DNA of 64,000 nucleotides. Origin: an uncultured virus (IMG/VR IMGVR_UViG_3300028646_000003) (taxonomy: Duplodnaviria; Heunggongvirae; Uroviricota; Caudoviricetes). Where the stretch lies: IMG/VR virus record IMGVR_UViG_3300028646_000003, positions 62,001-126,000 of that record; one strand, given 5' to 3'. A model generated the notes under the pieces. That model made no database searches and was not told where the DNA came from. It saw only the letters and a program-made list of their open reading frames with translations. Below, one piece after another: positions 39,715 to 49,733 of this stretch (the first letter of the stretch is position 1; the number at the start of each line of letters is the position of its first letter). Made by a program: the position numbers and the translations under genes.

Positions 39715-40686
39715 TTAATTAGCAACTTTCAAGTTCTCATCTATATTCTTTATAATATCTTCATAAGATTTAGATTGTATTTTACCATCTTTAATCAACT
39801 TTTTAATTATGTAAGAAATGCCTTGTGATTTTATTAGTGTTTTTGAATCAGCAAATCTGTTTCCTTCTATTGGTATAACCTTAAAATGGTTCATGTCTAC
39901 TTGATTTTGATAAGGTTCATTATTTGCTCTTAATATTTTATTATCTCTCATCCATTCAAATAATTTATTACGTCCAAACTTTGGAATATTTAATATCTTA
40001 CTAAATTCACCTACGTCATATAACTTATTTGAGTTAGTAAATCTATCTGCGATAGCTAAACTATCTTGTACTTGTTCCATTAATTGTTCTTTTGCTAAAG
40101 TTATATCTATTTGTTTAATTTGTTCTTCTAATTTTTTATCTCTTTCTAATAATACTAATTTCTTAGAAGTATCAGATTCCATTATTACACTACCTAATAT
40201 ATATTTTCTTTCTTCTATAAAAGATTCTTTACTTTCTTGTAAAGTCTTTTCCATAACAATGTTCTCTGCCTTAATTTTAAAATAATCTTCAATGAAATCT
40301 TTATATAACTCTACTGCTTTATCTCCTTCTGCAAATTTTAAAAATAATAAAAATCCTGCTTCAGAAAATACATAAATATTTTTAGCTAAATTAATAGCTT
40401 GATCTGTATAACCTAGTGTTTTCAATGCTTCCTTTGTAGTGTCCTGCTGTGGGACACTAGATTTTAAATCTAAAATATCAACTCCAAATTCAAAATGTTG
40501 TAAATTATCGGACAATCTTTGCCTTACACTTCTAGCTCCTTTTGCATATTCTAATAATTCTGCAATTTGTCTATCAGTAATAATTGGACTCGACTCAGAA
40601 AATCCACCTAATACTTTTGTAAATTCTCGCTCCTTTACTTGTACTTTTCCTTCTGTAAATAATTTGATAATTTTGTTTTGTTCCAT
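39715..40686 (-). CDS. Phage antirepressor (ORF6N + ANT/KilAC), paralog of 14316-15146
   Basis: GGFSE, FEFGVDILDL, IYVFSEAGF and GRNKLFEWMRDNKIL...NEPYQ. Confidence 0.85.
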   Translation of the reverse strand: MEQNKIIKLFTEGKVQVKEREFTKVLGGFSESSPIITDRQIAELLEYAKGARSVRQRLSDNLQHFEFGVDILDLKSSVPQQDTTKEALKTLGYTDQAINLAKNIYVFSEAGFLLFLKFAEGDKAVELYKDFIEDYFKIKAENIVMEKTLQESKESFIEERKYILGSVIMESDTSKKLVLLERDKKLEEQIKQIDITLAKEQLMEQVQDSLAIADRFTNSNKLYDVGEFSKILNIPKFGRNKLFEWMRDNKILRANNEPYQNQVDMNHFKVIPIEGNRFADSKTLIKSQGISYIIKKLIKDGKIQSKSYEDIIKNIDENLKVAN

Positions 40687-41023
40687 TCAAAACAACTCCT
40701 TTTTATTTTAATTTATTCTTAATACATGCGTTTCTGCATATACTTTAATCGTATTTCTACTGTTTATTTAGTTAGAATAATCCGACTAAGGGAGCTACCC
40801 TTAGTCATAAATTACTCATTGCATGTATTCTAAATAAATTTTGGTGTTGGAATCACCATTAAAATATACGTCTTTGAAAATTATGTATTGACTTTATATA
40901 TTAATTTGTTAATTGGTATATTTATACTATAATACCATCGCTTTATAAAGTCAATACATATTTATATTAATTTGTTTTAATAATTATATTCCTTTAAAAT
41001 GAACAATTTATGTTGTTATCGTT

Positions 41024-41470
41024 TTATGAAAAATCATATCCTTTTGATTTTAGCATACTAATAATATCTTTAATTGCATCTCCAGTTACCACATAATTTT
41101 CATAAGTATCTCCAATCATATCCATTTCTTTTCCACCTCTTTTATACCCTAGACCTTCTGCAAACATCTCTGCAATATCTGTAATTGGTAAAGGATTTTT
41201 ATTTTCTGAGTTTGAAGGAGATTGCATAGCACTTGGATCAAGTTTTATTTCTGCTATATATTCATTTCCTACTATTTTATAATCAATTATAATCGAATTT
41301 AACAATTCTGACGTTCTAGAGTAGACTTGAGGAGAATATGAACTATAGATAACAGTTATAACATAGTCTTGTATAATTCCTTTTATTTTTTCTGCTTCAT
41401 CTCTTAATATTTCTCCTACATTCGTTTGTAATTGAGAATAGAATGCTTCTAGACTATTAAAATCTGCCAT
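41024..41470 (-). CDS. Putative tail completion/neck protein
   Basis: IYSSYSPQVYSRTSELLNSI motif; position in the tail operon. Confidence 0.55.
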   Translation of the reverse strand: MADFNSLEAFYSQLQTNVGEILRDEAEKIKGIIQDYVITVIYSSYSPQVYSRTSELLNSIIIDYKIVGNEYIAEIKLDPSAMQSPSNSENKNPLPITDIAEMFAEGLGYKRGGKEMDMIGDTYENYVVTGDAIKDIISMLKSKGYDFS

Positions 41471-41598
41471 GTATTGTCACTTCCTTTATATTATTAATGT
41501 ATTTCATTTTAGGTATAATAAAAGACACCTTAATTAATAAGATGCCTTAGGTTGTTTTGTGTTTAGTTATTTAATTTTCTATTGCTTGGTTTAAGTTA

Positions 41599-43128
41599 TT
41601 AGGCTACAAATTTAAAAGTATATCCTTTATATTGTGGCTTTTTACCTCGGCATACTGCTGATATTTTACAAAAGTTTAGCTTTGCTCCAAATAATTCTTC
41701 ACTTTTTTCATCTAATTCTTGTGCTGATGGAAATATTCCTTGACTTATATTATCTTTAAATATTTCAACTGGTTTACAATTGTTTTTTGTGACTTTTCTA
41801 ATATGTTCTATTTTGAATTTTTCACTATCTTCTACAGTATAATCGCACCAATCGAGATTTTTACCTTTCTTCAAATAACTAAGTGCACATGAACTTGATA
41901 TTTTTAAAATCTTACCTATTTCCCCTGTACTTCTAATCCCACTATTCCATAATTCACAAGCTTCTTTTACTATTGGCTTATGAGATTGTTCATCAGCTTT
42001 CTTAAAATCAACTTTATTTAAATCAAAATAATAATTTAAATCGCTATTTAGTATATTATTCTTTATATTTTCATATTTTCTAATTCTAAAATAACAATTA
42101 ATCCTAATTGGTTTCTTTATTCCATGTAACATAGCCATTTCTTCTTTATAATCATCAATTGCTTTTGACTCCTTAGAACTTTGTCCACTCATTTTGTTGT
42201 CATTTTCATGCCAACCACCATCCATCTCTATAATTAAATTCATTGATGGAATGTAAAAATCATATCTTCTTTTGCCTATCCAATCCGGAGAATACTCTGG
42301 AATAAATTCTATATTTAATTGAGTTAAAATATTAAACATGAATTTTTCAGCGTAACTTTTCCCATCGCCACAATATTCACAACCAATACTTTCATTTGAA
42401 ACAAAAGAATTTACAGAAACTTTTTTCTTCTTTATTTTCCCACATTCTTTACATTTTACATATACTTTTCTATTGCTACATTCACTATGAATATAAGTAT
42501 CTTCAATATTTAAAAAGAACTTCGCCATTTCTGGATTTGTTTTAGATATGCTATTTATATCTTTTACTATAATTGTACTATTACAACAAGCACAACCTGT
42601 ATCTCGACTAAGTAGATTATGTTCTGGTATCCAAAATTCATCTTTATATTCCTTATCTCTTATTGAATAATGTTCTCCACAATCAAATCCACACGTATTG
42701 CATTTGTATTTATAAAGTTTACTTTTTCCTTTTTCATTTTTATAATCGGTTATTGTTATATCTCTTTTATTATCTTTTATTATTTGCCCAATTTTATATT
42801 TAAAATTACTTGTTTTTGTACCAACTATATTCCCTAATTTACATTGTGTAAAATCTCCTGTATTTATTTTATATATATCTTGTAGATAAGATATTTGTAG
42901 TTCTTGTCCAATACTTCTATAATTTATTATCATTACATAACCTGCAACATTTTTATCTATAAAATATACTTTATAGTCGTTGCTATTTTTCCAATCTATA
43001 CTTCCACCATTGTGATTTGATTTAGGTAATACATCTAAAAATATCTTTCTACACGTTCCACTTTCAATTAATTCATTATGTTCTAGTTCCCATTGTTCAA
43101 TAATTTGTTGATATTCCCTTTCTTCCAT
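41599..43128 (-). CDS. Zn-ribbon PD-(D/E)xK putative homing endonuclease, paralog 3 (509 aa)
   Basis: RYDFYIP...IIEMDGGWH, ISAVCRGK..Y.GYTFKF; true start ATG 43128 has a GGAGG RBS and aligns with the paralog N-termini. Confidence 0.7.
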   Translation of the reverse strand: MEEREYQQIIEQWELEHNELIESGTCRKIFLDVLPKSNHNGGSIDWKNSNDYKVYFIDKNVAGYVMIINYRSIGQELQISYLQDIYKINTGDFTQCKLGNIVGTKTSNFKYKIGQIIKDNKRDITITDYKNEKGKSKLYKYKCNTCGFDCGEHYSIRDKEYKDEFWIPEHNLLSRDTGCACCNSTIIVKDINSISKTNPEMAKFFLNIEDTYIHSECSNRKVYVKCKECGKIKKKKVSVNSFVSNESIGCEYCGDGKSYAEKFMFNILTQLNIEFIPEYSPDWIGKRRYDFYIPSMNLIIEMDGGWHENDNKMSGQSSKESKAIDDYKEEMAMLHGIKKPIRINCYFRIRKYENIKNNILNSDLNYYFDLNKVDFKKADEQSHKPIVKEACELWNSGIRSTGEIGKILKISSSCALSYLKKGKNLDWCDYTVEDSEKFKIEHIRKVTKNNCKPVEIFKDNISQGIFPSAQELDEKSEELFGAKLNFCKISAVCRGKKPQYKGYTFKFVA

Positions 43129-43268
43129 CACTAATTCCTCCGTTGAATTTATTTTCCGATTTATATGTAATATAGGAAGGGAGTTCGGAATACTCCTTTT
43201 CAATAAGGCTCATGACTTCCTTATTTATCCTACATTACAATAATACCATATTTAGGTATTATTGTAAA
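43129..43268 (-). promoter_or_regulatory. Promoter plus structured 5' leader (copy D)
   Basis: TTTACA-17-TATTAT within a perfect 13-bp IR (43235-43267); junction 43173-43232; loop TTCCGA pairs with TCGGAA (43154-43159) and the CGGAGG RBS. Confidence 0.7.
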
Positions 43269-43354
43269 ATTGATTATTTATAATTTGTTTTTAAACAATC
43301 AAGGATAGACACCTAGAAAGATGTCTATTTATTCATTGTTTAATTTTAATTTTA

Positions 43355-44464
43355 TTATGCTACTACAATTGAAGTTACTGAATTACTTATTCCTTCATAT
43401 AATCCACCGTCAACAACTAGTCTTACGTCATATGTACCCGATGATAATCCTAATATTGTTTTAGAAATGTCGGTTTCAGATACAGCCGTAGCAACTCTTA
43501 CACCTGTAGTTCCTCCTATATTTGTTTCAACCCAATTTAAATCTGTTGATAACTTATATTGTACTTCTATATTATCTGCATCTGCTGGTGCTGTGAATGT
43601 TAAATCAATTTTACCAGCTAAAGTAGATATGCCTGTTAAATCAGTAATTGGAGTTGGATCTGCAACTGAATTTGGGAATTTATAATATACAGTTCCTAAG
43701 TATTTAGCACCTACTGGTTTCATTACTGTTAATTCATGTTTAGCATCTACTTCTTTTGGATCGGACTCATTTTTTGAATCAGTAGTTGCACTTAGTTTAC
43801 AACGAGGCAATATATATAATTTATCGCATAATGCACTCATATCAGGTTTTACTAATGGAATTTCTACTACTGCAAATAATTCTGGCACTGAACTAGATGA
43901 TGTTAGATTGAAATACTTATCTCCAAGTTTTCCTATGAACTTAAATCCACCAACTTGAATATTATCTCCTACTGCAATACTAGCGTCTACTATTTTAAAT
44001 ACTTTTTTATTTACTGTATCTTGAGTTACATTTACAGAATCAATTTGATTTCCTGTTATTGGATTAGTAAAAGTAACTTCTTCCCCTAATTTTGGTTCTT
44101 CTGATAAGGTTACAATCTTATCTGCACCTGATAATTCAACTGCGTATAATTCTGGCATATGAAATCCGTCTACCGTAGCGTCAGCGTCCTTCATACCATC
44201 ACCCATTTTTAATGCAAATAAGTTTTGATCTTGAATAACGTCTTCTATTGTAAATACTACTGTTTTAGGTTTATCGATAATATATGTTATATCGTTATCC
44301 GTACCTGATTTTACCTCTATTTGGTCTGCTTTTGCATTCATTTCTGAAGTTTTTACCGTTGCTGTAGCATATTCTATTTTAGTCTTAGCGTCATATAAAA
44401 ATACTCGACCAATTTTAAATTCAACAACGTCTTTCATTAAAGAGTCTTCTATTATTTTACTCAT
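43355..44464 (-). CDS. Major tail protein with C-terminal FN3/Ig-like domain
   Basis: Position and composition; C-terminal PTPITDL...IDLTFTAP...YDVRLVV; ATG 44464 has a GGAGG RBS. Confidence 0.7.
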   Translation of the reverse strand: MSKIIEDSLMKDVVEFKIGRVFLYDAKTKIEYATATVKTSEMNAKADQIEVKSGTDNDITYIIDKPKTVVFTIEDVIQDQNLFALKMGDGMKDADATVDGFHMPELYAVELSGADKIVTLSEEPKLGEEVTFTNPITGNQIDSVNVTQDTVNKKVFKIVDASIAVGDNIQVGGFKFIGKLGDKYFNLTSSSSVPELFAVVEIPLVKPDMSALCDKLYILPRCKLSATTDSKNESDPKEVDAKHELTVMKPVGAKYLGTVYYKFPNSVADPTPITDLTGISTLAGKIDLTFTAPADADNIEVQYKLSTDLNWVETNIGGTTGVRVATAVSETDISKTILGLSSGTYDVRLVVDGGLYEGISNSVTSIVVA

Positions 44465-44536
44465 TGTTATTATTCCTCCTTTTAATTTTTTCATTTAATT
44501 TATTTATTAATTTGGTTTCCCAAATAAATATCTTTA

Positions 44537-45415
44537 TTATTTTTGTTGCAATATTTTATCTAGCGAATTAACTTTAAAATCACCAACTATCATGTCATAA
44601 GGATTAAATCTAAGGTTCACCTGTTCGCTAAGTTCTATTATTTTAGCATCATTACATCCTTGGCTTCTTAACATAAACATAAATATATTATAATTTTTTC
44701 TAGTTATAATTTCATAATCAAATCGTAATCTATAATATGTATATTTAAATATTTCTTCATCTGATAATCCTCTTTCAGAACCTACAACTGATAACATTGC
44801 ACATAAATCTCCACCTTTATTATCTTTAGTTTGAGATTTAATTGTTCTTTGAATTTCTTCATTAATTCGTTTATCTTTTGATGTAGGCATTTCATAAAGA
44901 AGATTTTGCCACATTACAATACCACGCAATTCTTTAAAATTATCTCTAGTAATATATAAACCATCATTTTCTATTTGAAAAACATAATTTAATTCTTCTT
45001 GACTTAAACATTTAAACATTACTTGTTTTTTAAATAATAAAGAAAATAGTTGTTCTAATTCATATATTGAATAGGTCATTACCTGTCCACTATTATATAA
45101 GTTAAGCAATTGCATTAACTCATTATATTTAGACTGTTCATCTTCATTAATAGGAGTATATTGTTTTATATTATTTAAATATTCAATTTCCTTATCCATT
45201 TTTAACGATGTGCTTACAAAGTAATCTAACACGTTAGTTTTTTTATTAACCTTATATAAATTATGCAATGTAGTAATACCTTGTGTGATATATTTGCCTG
45301 CTAACTTAGAAAATACGTCATGGTCAAAAATACTAATAGGATATATATTACCCATACCTTCAATAAATTGTGGTCTCATAAAATAATTATCTAAATCATT
45401 TATTTCAGTAATCAT
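44537..45415 (-). CDS. Phage tail-region protein
   Basis: 292 aa, overlaps the upstream stop codon (coupled). Confidence 0.6.
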   Translation of the reverse strand: MITEINDLDNYFMRPQFIEGMGNIYPISIFDHDVFSKLAGKYITQGITTLHNLYKVNKKTNVLDYFVSTSLKMDKEIEYLNNIKQYTPINEDEQSKYNELMQLLNLYNSGQVMTYSIYELEQLFSLLFKKQVMFKCLSQEELNYVFQIENDGLYITRDNFKELRGIVMWQNLLYEMPTSKDKRINEEIQRTIKSQTKDNKGGDLCAMLSVVGSERGLSDEEIFKYTYYRLRFDYEIITRKNYNIFMFMLRSQGCNDAKIIELSEQVNLRFNPYDMIVGDFKVNSLDKILQQK

Positions 45416-45972
45416 AATGTTTTACCATACTTTCTAAGTTGATAATTTTTATTCGATGATATTTCTGCATTAGTTCCGAACCCTTTATACATCAACAACA
45501 TGGCATCATTTTCACTGTTAATGGAAAGTTCTTGAAAAGAGTTCTCAGTAAATTCCCCAATATTATTTATATTAGCTGTTTCAAGATTATCATTAATTTT
45601 TCTTTTAATACTATAAATCCTACTACTACCATCATTTAATTCTTGAATATTTGTTCCTTTGCATATTATTTTACATATAATATAAACATTTGATATATAT
45701 TTACTTCTCTTTGTTGTTTCAAAAGATATTAGAACCAATGGCATTTCTGCGTTCATGATAATATCTGCTTGCCTTTTAAACAATAAGACTCCATGCACAC
45801 CATTACTACTATTTGTTGCAGTATCTTCTGAAAATATATCGTAGGGATTTTCTAAATCAGCTCTATCAAGTGCATCTGAGTAAGGATAGTAAATGAGTTT
45901 TTGTAATTCACTATCCTCAAGAACCATTTTTCTTATGTAATCTTTAAATACCTTAAAACTATCTAAACTCAT
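45412..45972 (-). CDS. Putative tail terminator/neck protein
   Basis: LQKLIYYPYSDAL motif; position. Confidence 0.5.
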   Translation of the reverse strand: MSLDSFKVFKDYIRKMVLEDSELQKLIYYPYSDALDRADLENPYDIFSEDTATNSSNGVHGVLLFKRQADIIMNAEMPLVLISFETTKRSKYISNVYIICKIICKGTNIQELNDGSSRIYSIKRKINDNLETANINNIGEFTENSFQELSINSENDAMLLMYKGFGTNAEISSNKNYQLRKYGKTL

Positions 45973-46108
45973 AATTATTTACTATCACCTCCATCATTTT
46001 AATTAATTTTAATTTTCTACACCTAGCCTATAGCCACATTCTCAAAACTTAAAAACCCAATAAAAGTTCTGTTTTATCAACTCATTATTTATGCATTAAT
46101 TTATTTTA

Positions 46109-47440
46109 TTACATGCCACTAAGACTAACAGTTTGAGTAGAAATTATTGAATTATCTACACTATTAGTAAATGTTATTATGAAACTTTTTGATGTGCTTA
46201 CACTAACATTTTTAACTAAGAAGTCAACATTAGATTTTCTAGTGATTGTTACTGACCCTGTCGCTACTAAAGAACTTCCAATAGAATCTAATGAATAATT
46301 TACTATCAATGTTGAATCAGCGACACCATTAATGGTTTCTTTGCAATTTGCAGTACTTGACATATAAGTTTTCAAGCTAACGCCATTAGATACTTTTCCT
46401 GTTGACCATTCACACGAATATGATATTACAGGAACAATTACATCTGTTTTAACTTCAAATGCAATATCAAATTCTTTTAAAACTCTATCTAATGTAACTT
46501 GTAGTTTCATACTACCTAAACCTATATTTACTCCACTTATTGAAATAACTCCATTTGTATTAGTAATAGTTGCTAAGGGACTATTACTTGTAACCATAAC
46601 TCCACTATAATCAATCTCAGAACCTAATTCATCTTTAATAGAATATACTAAATTTGCCGATGTTCCCTTAGTTACTTCAAATGTAGTGGGGACATTATAT
46701 GTATATGTATGTGGAATTACAGTTTTATAGTCCGCTATACCTAAAACCATATCATCTATTTCATAATTTATGGCTGTTTCTCCAAGTAATACAGCTAATA
46801 CGCCTTTAGTAGTAACCCTATCCGTTTGTGTTGCTTTCCAAGCCTGACCATTTACTATGAATCTTTGATCTATTTTTATCAGTTTTGATATATCATTATT
46901 TGAGAGTACTAATCCAAACATTCCATCTCCCTCAATTATTGAACTTCCACCAATACTTTTTATTCCCAATGTATATTTCGTATTATTCGTCACAATTGTG
47001 GGAATAGTATATAAAGTGTTATCAACTATGAATTTCAAATCATAATTACACTCTTCAAAGATACCTTCATCATATCCATGTTTTTTATCTATCTTGGATT
47101 TAATAAGATAAGTTCTTAGTGTATCAGTTTCATTGACTTTGAATTTAACATAGTCTCCACGTTTAATCTGATTAGGATATACTTGCAATTTTTCTTCCAT
47201 TTCAGTATCAGCAGTTTGTTTTCTTGATATGTCAATTACTCCTTTGATTGGAGCTTCTAAGTTATTTATAAATACATCTTTTGCATCGATTGAATTTATT
47301 AATACATCAAATCTATATATTGCATGTTCTCTAGCGTTATTATAGTCTTGTGTAATTCCAGAAATGAGTGATTCTTTGCTTGTTTGATTATTAGAAACTT
47401 TGTTTATAGTTCTATAATATTTTAAATCTTCTTTATTCAT
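46109..47440 (-). CDS. Head closure/neck protein with Ig-like C-terminus
   Basis: IKRGDYV...ECNYDLKF...IDQRFIVNGQAWK; likely start ATG 47440 just after the upstream stop. Confidence 0.55.
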   Translation of the reverse strand: MNKEDLKYYRTINKVSNNQTSKESLISGITQDYNNAREHAIYRFDVLINSIDAKDVFINNLEAPIKGVIDISRKQTADTEMEEKLQVYPNQIKRGDYVKFKVNETDTLRTYLIKSKIDKKHGYDEGIFEECNYDLKFIVDNTLYTIPTIVTNNTKYTLGIKSIGGSSIIEGDGMFGLVLSNNDISKLIKIDQRFIVNGQAWKATQTDRVTTKGVLAVLLGETAINYEIDDMVLGIADYKTVIPHTYTYNVPTTFEVTKGTSANLVYSIKDELGSEIDYSGVMVTSNSPLATITNTNGVISISGVNIGLGSMKLQVTLDRVLKEFDIAFEVKTDVIVPVISYSCEWSTGKVSNGVSLKTYMSSTANCKETINGVADSTLIVNYSLDSIGSSLVATGSVTITRKSNVDFLVKNVSVSTSKSFIITFTNSVDNSIISTQTVSLSGM

Positions 47441-47441
47441 A

Positions 47442-47912
47442 TCAATATGCCAATAAATGACCACCAGTTTTTCTATTCTTACTGTTATAGCTAACAACTT
47501 TTTTATCAAATTGTATTTGTCTATATTCAGCAACTTTTAAATAGGTAGTCCTTTCTGTATTAGAATTGGGCATTTTAATATCATCTCCAAAGTATTCTTG
47601 ATATTTTTTCAACCTGACTATTCCTTCATCAAACATTTTAATAACCATACAATCACTAATTAAATCCTTTTCCAATGGAACTAACTCAAAATTAAATGTT
47701 TCTAAATCATCATTTTTATCTAAAAAATCTACATTTTGAGAGATGGAAACAACTAATTGCAAGTCACTTACTGCATCTTCTAATAAACCCATTTCTCTTC
47801 TATTTGTAATTTCTATAAATTCTTCTTCTGTAACATTTTCATAACAAAAGAAATCTTTGTATTCTTTTATTTTACGTTCAAATCTATCTATTACTTCTGA
47901 ATAAGGCGTCAA
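47442..47912 (-). CDS. Head-tail adaptor-like protein
   Basis: MTPYSEVIDRFERKI...FNFEL...E..LI pattern; position after capsid. Confidence 0.55.
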   Translation of the reverse strand: MTPYSEVIDRFERKIKEYKDFFCYENVTEEEFIEITNRREMGLLEDAVSDLQLVVSISQNVDFLDKNDDLETFNFELVPLEKDLISDCMVIKMFDEGIVRLKKYQEYFGDDIKMPNSNTERTTYLKVAEYRQIQFDKKVVSYNSKNRKTGGHLLAY

Positions 47913-47966
47913 TATTAATCATTCCTTTCTATAATTCATTAAAGGAAGATTTATATATCTCCCTTA

Positions 47967-48578
47967 TTATTTCTTAGTTGTAGTAGTTTTCTTAGTTGTT
48001 GTTTTTGTTACAATAGGTTCTTGAATATCTTCAACATTTTCTTCATTTGGAGCTACTGCTAATTCGATATTTTCAGTTGCGTCAACTTCTAATTCTGATT
48101 TTCTTATACCTTCAGCAATTTCTTCTTTTCTTGCTCTTATATATAATTCCACTTTTTCGGCAATAAGATATTTGTTAGTATTTTTCAAATAAACTAATAA
48201 TGATAAGAAAGAGTCTATTGTTGACATTTTATCTATTTGAGTTATCTTTGTTAATATTGTGTCATTAGGTTGTAGGATCATTCTTTCTATTTCATCTCTT
48301 GAATAAGAGTTTTTGTCTTTATTAACGTCTATTCTTAATTGTTTATAGGCTTGGTCTTCAATATTTGGTGAGAATCTAATAGCTTGATTCTTGAAGTTTT
48401 CTGATTTCATATTAGCTTTCATAATATCTTTCCATAGTACAGATACATAATATGGTTCTCCATCAATCTTAGGAGGTAATTCATATCCTGCGTCTAAAGG
48501 ATTTTCACTTGCTATAAATGTTTTATAATCATAATCGTGGTATACATCCACATAGTCTATTTCTTTTATCATTTCCAT
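47967..48578 (-). CDS. Hypothetical head-associated protein
   Basis: 203 aa with Thr/Lys-rich tail; follows capsid. Confidence 0.6.
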   Translation of the reverse strand: MEMIKEIDYVDVYHDYDYKTFIASENPLDAGYELPPKIDGEPYYVSVLWKDIMKANMKSENFKNQAIRFSPNIEDQAYKQLRIDVNKDKNSYSRDEIERMILQPNDTILTKITQIDKMSTIDSFLSLLVYLKNTNKYLIAEKVELYIRARKEEIAEGIRKSELEVDATENIELAVAPNEENVEDIQEPIVTKTTTKKTTTTKK

Positions 48579-48657
48579 AATTATCTCTCCTTGAATTTTA
48601 TATTATTTATTTTATTAAGAAAGGGCATGTAAATTAATACACACCCTAATGTTATAA

Positions 48658-49698
48658 CTAAGAAATAGTTATTTTTGAAATGTATTGAGTATCAGTTACA
48701 CAAATTCCAAATTCAACTCCAGAGAATTTGAATGAAATCTTTTCACCATTGTTTTCTTCAGTAGTTCTAGTAAACATTTGTCCTTTTGTATACATTTCTC
48801 CAATTGTTCCTGAAAAACCAAATACTCTATTTTCTGGTAATAATGTTTGATCGTCTCCTGTTTTCTTACCTTTTAATACTGGAACTAACTTACAACCATT
48901 TAATACTTGTAGTAATGATAAATCATTTAATGTTCCTTTCATTGTTTCAGAATAGAAATCAGCACCGATGGCTCTGCACATTTCTCTTATTCTGTTAGAT
49001 AATCCAACAATTAATGGTTCTTTACCTGTAACTGCATTATCATATGTATAATCAGTTAAGCTTTGAGTAGCACCAGCAGTCCATGCACCAGTAACACCAA
49101 ATACTTGAGTTCCACCAGTGATTAATTTATCTACATAGCTTAATATTGCTTTAAATTTTTGTTTGTCAAATTCTTCAATAGCATACATAGCTAAAGTTGC
49201 TACTCCAACTGCACCGTCTCTTCTTAAATTAGACATTGGGATTTCAGTTTCGATTTGTAAAACTGTTTCCATTGTGTTTCCTTCTGCTACATCTAGGTAA
49301 GATTTATCTACGTTACCTGTTCTGTTAGCAACTTGTCTTGCAACTAATGTATTCTTTGGTGATTTTCTAATTCTAACCATATCAAATTCGCCATAAGAAC
49401 CCTTATCTGTTAAGAATTGAGTTAATACTTCATTTGGTACTTCAAATATAATTGGTTCAATTATATCTACAACTATTTGTGCAATACTTTCTCTAGCTTC
49501 TGTTTTACCATATTTCCAAGCATCATTTACCATTGTATTAACTACTTGTGAAAATGCTTCTTCGTCTTCTGATAATACTATATCCTTTTCTCTTAATACA
49601 TTTTTAGAATATACATTTTTAGCCCATTGATATGCTTCTCCACTTTTAAATCTTTTTACTACTTCTTCTTCGCTTAATTCTATGTTTCTGTTTATCAT
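48658..49698 (-). CDS. Major capsid protein
   Basis: 346 aa; position after scaffold and decoration genes. Confidence 0.75.
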   Translation of the reverse strand: MINRNIELSEEEVVKRFKSGEAYQWAKNVYSKNVLREKDIVLSEDEEAFSQVVNTMVNDAWKYGKTEARESIAQIVVDIIEPIIFEVPNEVLTQFLTDKGSYGEFDMVRIRKSPKNTLVARQVANRTGNVDKSYLDVAEGNTMETVLQIETEIPMSNLRRDGAVGVATLAMYAIEEFDKQKFKAILSYVDKLITGGTQVFGVTGAWTAGATQSLTDYTYDNAVTGKEPLIVGLSNRIREMCRAIGADFYSETMKGTLNDLSLLQVLNGCKLVPVLKGKKTGDDQTLLPENRVFGFSGTIGEMYTKGQMFTRTTEENNGEKISFKFSGVEFGICVTDTQYISKITIS

Positions 49699-49733
49699 AA
49701 TTAATATTCCTTCTTTCTTTTATTATTTTTTTA

